This document shows, piece after piece, positions 32,282 to 37,582 of a stretch of DNA of 37,582 bases. Numbering within the stretch: position 1 is the first letter of the stretch; each line of letters begins with the position of its first letter. Source of the stretch: an uncultured Planctomycetia bacterium. Lineage in GTDB: Bacteria > Omnitrophota > Gorgyraeia > Tantalellales > Tantalellaceae. Under the pieces are notes generated by a model. That model did no database searches. It saw nothing but the letters and a program-made list of their open reading frames with translations, and was not told the DNA's origin. The position numbers and the translations under genes were made by a program. The stretch covers positions 1-37,582 of the forward strand of contig CAZUYM010000001.1 in assembly GCA_964624805.1 (NCBI GenBank). The letters run 5' to 3'.

Positions 32282-33640
32282 TCAGTCCTTAGGCTTGAAA
32301 ACTTTGTTTACCAGAGCGATATTCTCTTTACGGCTCAATACCATAACTTCATCGTTTTCGTTCAGGATAGTATCACCCTGAGGTATGATCACCTCATTGT
32401 CCCGGATCAGGCACCCGACGGTAATGGATTTTTTAAAAGTTTTGTCGAGAGCCTTAAGCGACTTGCCAGCGACAGGGCTTTCTTTTCGGACTTTAATGCG
32501 CAGGACCTCAAGGTCAGCCGTCTTAAGCTGAAGGTGGGTTCTGATAGAAACCAGCTGACTCTTTTCTATTATCGCGTTCAAGGTGATCTCCTGCGGGTAT
32601 ATGATATGGTCCATACCGAGGGTGGTGAACAGTCTGTCATAGCGTTTATCCTCACGCAGGGCGATGACCATTTTCGCGCCTTCTACTTTCGCCAGGAGGC
32701 ATGACATGATATTGTCCTCTGCGTCTTTTCCCGCCGCGATAAAACAATCGGCATGGCTGATGTTTATCTCTTCAAGCATGTCGGTGTCAGTGCTGTCTAT
32801 ATGAAAAACTTCCACGCCGTGAAGGCCCGCCGCTGCCGTACGGCCGTGTTCCAGGTCCGGATCCGCCAGTATTACCTGCTCGCATAATGGCTGTAACGCT
32901 TCGGCGAGATGTACGGCGGTTAAGGTATCTCCTGAGACGATGATCTTTTTCATCTTTGAAGCTTTACGATTTATAAGGGAAAGGAAAGTCTTAAAAGAGT
33001 CCTTAGGCATCATAGCCACGATCTTGTCGCCCGGAAGAAGTTTCTGATCGCCTCTGGGGAGGAGAGACTCTCCCGACCGGACCAGGACGACGAAAAGTAT
33101 TGGTGACTCTTCAGCCATCTGCCTGACTTCGGCGATAGTTTTGTGGGCGATAGGCATGTCTTCGGTCACCCGGTAGCCGCGAAGATATATGTTGTTAGAC
33201 TGGAAATTCGCAGTTTCAATAACATCGGGAAGTTCAACGTACTGGAGGATGCGCTGCATTACCTCGCGTTCCGGTTCGATAACACTGGTGACCCCCAGTG
33301 TTTCCAGGCTGATATTAGGCGTGTTCTCGGTGTAAAGGTCCGATTTGACCCTGGCGATACGTTTTTTAACGCCGTTCTGCATAGCAAAGTTGCAGACCAG
33401 AAGATTTGTCTCGTCGCTGGGAGTAACGGCAATAACGAGGTCCGCCGATTTTATGTCCGCTTCATCAAGGACGGCCGGGCTTGAGCCTACGCCCTCTACA
33501 ACGAAAACATCAAGTTTGTTATTGATGTGTTCGCAAAGAGCTTTATCTTTTTCAATTACCGTAATGCTGTGGTTCAGGCCTGAGAAATATTCAGCAAGGC
33601 TGTAACCGACCATTCCGGCTCCGACAATGACCATTCTCAT
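32282..33640 (-). CDS. trkA: TrkA K+ uptake regulatory subunit (tandem RCK domains)
   Basis: MVIVGAGMVG Rossmann motif, second RCK half from about residue 230, 452 aa. AGGAGG SD. Confidence 0.9.
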   Translation of the reverse strand: MRMVIVGAGMVGYSLAEYFSGLNHSITVIEKDKALCEHINNKLDVFVVEGVGSSPAVLDEADIKSADLVIAVTPSDETNLLVCNFAMQNGVKKRIARVKSDLYTENTPNISLETLGVTSVIEPEREVMQRILQYVELPDVIETANFQSNNIYLRGYRVTEDMPIAHKTIAEVRQMAEESPILFVVLVRSGESLLPRGDQKLLPGDKIVAMMPKDSFKTFLSLINRKASKMKKIIVSGDTLTAVHLAEALQPLCEQVILADPDLEHGRTAAAGLHGVEVFHIDSTDTDMLEEINISHADCFIAAGKDAEDNIMSCLLAKVEGAKMVIALREDKRYDRLFTTLGMDHIIYPQEITLNAIIEKSQLVSIRTHLQLKTADLEVLRIKVRKESPVAGKSLKALDKTFKKSITVGCLIRDNEVIIPQGDTILNENDEVMVLSRKENIALVNKVFKPKD

Positions 33641-33767
33641 GATTCCTCCTTAATAAAATACAAACGATATTATATACCGACTTTGGAGCATATTGGAAGG
33701 AAAAACGCCGGCATGGTCCCAAAAGGCAGTTCTTTACTATTTTCCTCAAAAAATGTATGATATTTCC

Positions 33768-34598
33768 ATGCAGAAGAGAGAAGCCGTATCGAAATATGAG
33801 TCTCTTAAGGGCGTATTGAAAGAGATGGAAAGCACTCTTGTGGCTTTTTCAGGAGGGGTAGACAGCACTTTTCTCCTGAAAGTGGCTTCGGATGTGCTCA
33901 AAGACAAGGTTATCGCGGTAACCGCCTCCTCAGCTACTTATCCCGAAAGGGAAGATCTGGCGGCCGAAAAACTCTGCCTGGATCTAGGGGTAGAGCAGAT
34001 AAAGATGTTTACGGACGAGCTTAAGGACCGGAATTTTACCGCCAATACTACCGAGAGATGTTATTATTGTAAAAAAGAGTTGTTTTCAAAAATGAAAGAG
34101 TTGGCGCGGCAGCACCGGATGAAGTTTGTTTCTGAAGGGTCTAATCTTGATGATATAGACGATTTCCGGCCCGGGATGAAAGCGGTGGAGGAACTCGGGA
34201 TCAGGAGTCCCCTAAAAGAGAGCAAACTGACAAAAGATGAGATCAGATATTTTTCAAAAGAGCTGGGGCTCTCTACGTGGAATAAACCATCTTTTGCCTG
34301 TCTTTCATCAAGGTTCCCATACGGCACCCCGATCACCGCAGAAGAGCTTCTTAAAGTGTCCAGAGCGGAAGAACTTCTACTCGGTCTTGGATTCGCTCAG
34401 CTGAGGGTAAGGGTGCACGGGAGTATCGCCAGAATAGAGGTCCCCGTAGTTGACCTGCCTCGATTTTTAGACAAAGGAGAGAGAGCGGAAATAATAAAAA
34501 AGATGAAAGATATAGGGTATTCCTACATAACCGTGGATATCGAGGGGTACCGGACCGGAAGCATGAACGAGAACCTGTCATGGAAAGAAAAAAAATAA
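33768..34598 (+). CDS. larE: LarE-like PP-loop ATP-dependent sulfur transferase (nickel-pincer cofactor biosynthesis)
   Basis: PP-loop VAFSGGVDS. CYYC plus ACLSSRFPYG cysteines. Start is uncertain: the ATG at 33768 fits homologue length; the TTG at 33693 has a GGAG SD. Confidence 0.75.
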   Translation: MQKREAVSKYESLKGVLKEMESTLVAFSGGVDSTFLLKVASDVLKDKVIAVTASSATYPEREDLAAEKLCLDLGVEQIKMFTDELKDRNFTANTTERCYYCKKELFSKMKELARQHRMKFVSEGSNLDDIDDFRPGMKAVEELGIRSPLKESKLTKDEIRYFSKELGLSTWNKPSFACLSSRFPYGTPITAEELLKVSRAEELLLGLGFAQLRVRVHGSIARIEVPVVDLPRFLDKGERAEIIKKMKDIGYSYITVDIEGYRTGSMNENLSWKEKK

Positions 34599-35320
34599 AA
34601 AAGATACTGCAGGATGTTAGATCGGGAAAGACCGGCGTCGCGGGGGGGATGGACGCTTTGAAGGGGTTTCCGTATGACGATATAGGTTTCGCGAAACTGG
34701 ATTCTCACAGGGATCTGAGAAAAGGGTTCCCCGAGGTAATATTCTGCAGGGGGAAAAGTATTAAGCAGATAACGGGTATCTTCAAAAGGCGCAAAGCTCC
34801 GGGTATCATGATGGCTACGCGGGCATCAGCGGAAATATATGAGGCCGTGAAAGAAATACGGAAAGACGCGGTTTATTACGAAGAAGCGGGAATAATTTTT
34901 GCCGGTAAAAAGAAAAAGACATCGGGTAAGACCATAATTGTGGTTTCTGCCGGAACCGCGGATATATCCGTCGCGGAAGAGGCCGCGGTGACCGCCGAAA
35001 TGATGGGTAACAGTGTCGACCGCGTATATGACATAGGGGTAGCGGGAATACACCGGATGCTGTCGAGCCGCAAGAAACTGCAAAAAGCGAATGTCGTTAT
35101 AGTCGTCGCGGGAATGGACGGCGCTTTGCCGAGCATAGTGGGAGGCATTGTAAGCCGTCCGGTCATAGCTGTTCCGACAAGCGTAGGTTACGGCGCCAAC
35201 TTTCAGGGTCTCGCGCCGCTTCTTACGATGCTCAACAGCTGCGCGCCGGGGGTCACTGTAGTTAATGTTGATAACGGTTTCGGGGCCGGGTACAGCGCGT
35301 CCCTGATAAATAAAAAATAA
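34580..35320 (+). CDS. larB: LarB-like (PurE/AIR-carboxylase-fold) nickel-pincer cofactor biosynthesis protein
   Basis: IIVVSAGTADISVAEEA and VIVVAGMDGALPSIVGG blocks. 246 aa. 19-nt overlap with larE. Confidence 0.8.
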   Translation: MERKKIKKILQDVRSGKTGVAGGMDALKGFPYDDIGFAKLDSHRDLRKGFPEVIFCRGKSIKQITGIFKRRKAPGIMMATRASAEIYEAVKEIRKDAVYYEEAGIIFAGKKKKTSGKTIIVVSAGTADISVAEEAAVTAEMMGNSVDRVYDIGVAGIHRMLSSRKKLQKANVVIVVAGMDGALPSIVGGIVSRPVIAVPTSVGYGANFQGLAPLLTMLNSCAPGVTVVNVDNGFGAGYSASLINKK

Positions 35321-35334
35321 ACGAGAGAGTCAGG

Positions 35335-35661
35335 ATGGAACCTTTAAAGATCAAGATAACCGGCGAGGGAAAATACCAGCGATTGCTTGCCGGACCGCCC
35401 GAGACACTTACCATGAAATCTGGAAGCGTTGTCCTTCTTCCGGGAGAATCTGTGGGGGAACACATTGCTGATTCCAGGGAGGAAACTTTAATAGTACTCG
35501 AAGGGCGGGGGGAGATAGTTTGTGAAGGTACAGGCGCTATGTGTGTCGAGGAAAAGGAGCTGGTATATATCCCTCCCGGCACCAAACATGATGTGAAGAA
35601 TACGGGCGATATACCCCTGAAATATGTTTACGTGGTCGCGCTTTTAGAAAAGGGAGAATGA
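35335..35661 (+). CDS. Small cupin-domain protein
   Basis: Cupin motifs GESVGEH...E...LEG and YIPPGTKHDVKN. 108 aa. Confidence 0.75.
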   Translation: MEPLKIKITGEGKYQRLLAGPPETLTMKSGSVVLLPGESVGEHIADSREETLIVLEGRGEIVCEGTGAMCVEEKELVYIPPGTKHDVKNTGDIPLKYVYVVALLEKGE

Positions 35662-35716
35662 TGGGGAAACTATCCGTTGAGGCGAAAAGCTGTCCCGGCA
35701 GCAGTATTTTAAACAG

Positions 35717-35745
35717 TTGATTTGTACGGTATTCGAGAGTATAAT
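35717..35745 (+). promoter_or_regulatory. Candidate promoter of the NMO-family gene
   Basis: TTGATT (35717-35722), 17-nt spacer, TATAAT (35740-35745). Confidence 0.5.
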
Positions 35746-35813
35746 ACGGCTTGGAAATATCGGCGTTTTGGTGTAATATAAATGTAAGTTAGAATAAACG
35801 CTCAGGAAATATT

Positions 35814-36920
35814 ATGAAAAATACTTTAAAACCATTGATGATAGGCGATCTCGAGCTTAAAGTCCCCATAATACAGGGGGGGATGGGAGTCCGGGTCAGC
35901 ATGGCGCCTCTTGCGGCGGCGGTAGCGGATTGCGGCGGTGCGGGCACTATAGCCAGCGTCGGGCTTCCTCCGGATACGCCCGAGAACCGCGCGGATGTGC
36001 CCAAGTCCTGCCGCGAGTATCTTCAAAAAGAAATAAGGCTGGGGAAAAAACTTTCGAGCGGAGTCATAGGTGTGAACATAATGGTGGCTCTGAGCAATTA
36101 TGAGGACATGGTGAGGGCCGCAGTAAAGGAGAAGACAGATTTTATCATCTCCGGCGCGGGACTGCCCATAAGCCTGCCGGAATACGCTGAAGGGTCATCA
36201 GCGAAACTTATTCCCATCATAGCCTCGGCAAGAGGCGGGAAGCTTCTCCTGAAAACCTGGCAGAGGAGGTACAATCGCTTCCCTGACGCTATTATAGTTG
36301 AGGGGCCGCTATCCGGCGGACATATAGCCGGATACAGCCTGGAAGAGCTGAAAGCCCAAAAAGACACGATCCAGAAAGAACCCTTATTAGAGAACGCGGT
36401 AAAAGAAGTCCTGGAACTTGTGGATGAATACGAAGAAAAGTACAGCGTCAGCATTCCAGTTATAGCGGCAGGCGGCATATTTGATGGCAAGGACGTAGCC
36501 CATTTTTTGAAACTCGGGGCAAAAGGGGTGCAGATAGGATCCAGGTTCGTCGCTACCGAAGAATGTACGGCGGCTGAGGAGTTCAAGCAGCTTTATCTCG
36601 ATTCGGATGGGGGTGACCTGGTTATCATACAAAGTCCGGTGGGCATGCCGGCAAAAGCAATAAGAACAAAGTTTCTTGATGATGTCCTGCGAGGAGAGAG
36701 AAAAAAGTTCGATTGCAACTATCAATGCCTCAGGACCTGCGACCCAGCTACCGTTCAGTTTTGCATTGCCAAAGGCCTTATAGATGCCGTGGAAGGGGAC
36801 ATCGACAACGCAGTGGTCTTCGCCGGCACCAATGTCTCAAGAATAAATAAAATAGTTACCGTTAAAGAGCTCATAGACGAAATAGTCTCTGAGGCGTCAG
36901 AAGAACTTGATAAAGCGTAA
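35814..36920 (+). CDS. Nitronate monooxygenase-family FMN oxidoreductase (FabK-like)
   Basis: PIIQGGMGV near the N-terminus. TIM-barrel flavoenzyme pattern IAAGGIFDG...GVQIGSRF. Confidence 0.8.
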   Translation: MKNTLKPLMIGDLELKVPIIQGGMGVRVSMAPLAAAVADCGGAGTIASVGLPPDTPENRADVPKSCREYLQKEIRLGKKLSSGVIGVNIMVALSNYEDMVRAAVKEKTDFIISGAGLPISLPEYAEGSSAKLIPIIASARGGKLLLKTWQRRYNRFPDAIIVEGPLSGGHIAGYSLEELKAQKDTIQKEPLLENAVKEVLELVDEYEEKYSVSIPVIAAGGIFDGKDVAHFLKLGAKGVQIGSRFVATEECTAAEEFKQLYLDSDGGDLVIIQSPVGMPAKAIRTKFLDDVLRGERKKFDCNYQCLRTCDPATVQFCIAKGLIDAVEGDIDNAVVFAGTNVSRINKIVTVKELIDEIVSEASEELDKA

Positions 36921-36988
36921 CGCCAGCACCTACCCGAACCTGTAGTAAGCTCCCGAAATACCTTAATATGAATAATCCGTTGTTATGC

Positions 36989-37017
36989 TTGCATACCCTA
37001 GGGGGGTATGGTATACT
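36989..37017 (+). promoter_or_regulatory. csoR promoter with an embedded CsoR-type operator palindrome
   Basis: TTGCAT (36989-36994), 17-nt spacer, TATACT (37012-37017). The spacer holds CATACCC-TAGGG-GGGTATG (36992-37010), which resembles known G/C-tract CsoR operators of the ATACCC...GGGTAT type. Confidence 0.6.
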
Positions 37018-37032
37018 TAAAGTGGAGATACT

Positions 37033-37311
37033 ATGAATAAAAAGACAACCCACAAAGAGCAACAAGTCGCCCTGAAGCGTATCGAAGGGCAGATACGTGG
37101 CATACAAAAGATGATCGAGGATGAGCGGTATTGTGTTGATATACTGACACAACTGCACTCGGTCGTAGGAGCCATTTTGCGTGTTGAGGATAATATCCTC
37201 TCAAAACATCTTCAAATGTGTGTATCGGAAAGCCTTAAGGCGGGATCCGCGCTTGATAAAAAAGAAAAGATAGAAGAGATAACGCGATTGTTAAAAAGAT
37301 TCAGGAAGTAG
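37033..37311 (+). CDS. csoR: CsoR/RcnR-family metal-sensing repressor (x-C-H-C, copper-sensor-like fingerprint)
   Basis: LKRIEGQIRGIQKMIEDERYCVDILTQLHSV...KHLQMC. Has the Cys (YC) plus H-x3-C pattern. Confidence 0.85.
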   Translation: MNKKTTHKEQQVALKRIEGQIRGIQKMIEDERYCVDILTQLHSVVGAILRVEDNILSKHLQMCVSESLKAGSALDKKEKIEEITRLLKRFRK

Positions 37312-37374
37312 GCCTCATTGAAATATAAAATGTCGGCGGAAAGGATAGACCGTCCAAAGAGCGAGGGAAAACAA

Positions 37375-37582
37375 ATGAAAAGATCTCTGACATTAGGGGT
37401 TTTGCTGATGAGCATAATGATTATAGCTCCCAGTGGATATGCTCAGGAAAAGCCGGTGGAAAATTTACAGGATTTCCCGCAGAAATATACAGTGGAAACT
37501 CTTCAAGGGTTTACAGAGGAAGCGATAAGTAACAATCCATCCATTCAAGAAGCTTATGGCCAGTGGGAGGCAGCAGTCTACA
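37375..37582 (+). CDS. TolC/CusC-family outer-membrane efflux protein, 5' fragment (runs off the window)
   Basis: Signal peptide MKRSLTLGVLLMSIMIIAPSGYA. The following L..F.EEAISNNPSIQEAYGQWEAA is typical of OMF N-termini. Not in the ORF track because there is no stop before the window end. Confidence 0.6.
   Translation, partial: MKRSLTLGVLLMSIMIIAPSGYAQEKPVENLQDFPQKYTVETLQGFTEEAISNNPSIQEAYGQWEAAVY

Noticed and set aside
33641-33767. Possible c-di-AMP (ydaO-type) or other riboswitch upstream of trkA
   Set aside because: On the minus strand a TATAAT box lies only about 25 nt before the AGGAGG SD of trkA. The leader is far too short for a riboswitch aptamer, and no conserved aptamer-like pairing was seen.
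35335-35661. The cupin as a replacement for LarC
   Set aside because: A 108-aa single cupin has none of the LarC features (CTP-dependent nickel insertase, about 400 aa). It is kept only as a speculative partner in the lar finding.

Overview
The window looks like a chromosomal segment from a diderm bacterium: it encodes a GT9 LPS heptosyltransferase, an OprB-type porin and a TolC-type outer-membrane factor. All assignments come from reading motifs in the supplied translations and from manual scanning of the intergenic DNA. No database search was run. I recognised about 36 CDS and no rRNA, tRNA, CRISPR array, transposase or integrase.

Gene blocks:
1. 78-2814: ABC-F ATPase overlapping a radical SAM gene.
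2. 2966-11083: an acid-resistance or amine-forming island. It holds an HdeD-like membrane protein, an MFS transporter, a large PLP-dependent Orn/Lys/Arg decarboxylase (AdiA-like), an OprB-family porin, a GadC-family antiporter and a convergent pyruvoyl-dependent histidine decarboxylase (HdcA-like).
3. 11207-17633: typA/bipA, a CspA-family gene and a DEAD-box helicase, interspersed with a CPA2 antiporter and a THUMP methyltransferase. typA and csp are each preceded by a near-consensus promoter and a closely similar terminator-like hairpin.
4. 17658-20019: LD-carboxypeptidase and the GT9 heptosyltransferase.
5. 20199-22308: single-domain response regulator, cytoplasmic histidine kinase with a Rossmann-like N-terminus, and a STAS-like protein.
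6. 22310-30461: an unusual repeat-rich intergenic region, then an Rrf2 regulator flanked by an exact 23-bp repeat, a DUF2061 protein, an Fe-S type APS reductase, sirC-hemA-hemC-cobA-hemB-hemL, a small sulfite reductase and a second CysH-like gene.
7. 30655-33640: trkH-trkA.
8. 33768-36920: larE-larB-cupin and an NMO/FabK-like flavoenzyme.
9. 36989-37582: csoR with its operator, then the start of a TolC-family gene.

The observations I rate highest:
- The dual-decarboxylase, porin and antiporter locus, which includes a pyruvoyl HdcA in a diderm context.
- A HemC that ends before domain 3, which carries the cofactor cysteine, in a siroheme cluster with no hemD.
- The 23-bp repeat bracketing the Rrf2 gene.
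- The paired promoter-hairpin-terminator leaders of typA and csp.
- Two intergenic arrays of short phased repeats.

None of these is proven to be a new system. Each entry says what would test it.
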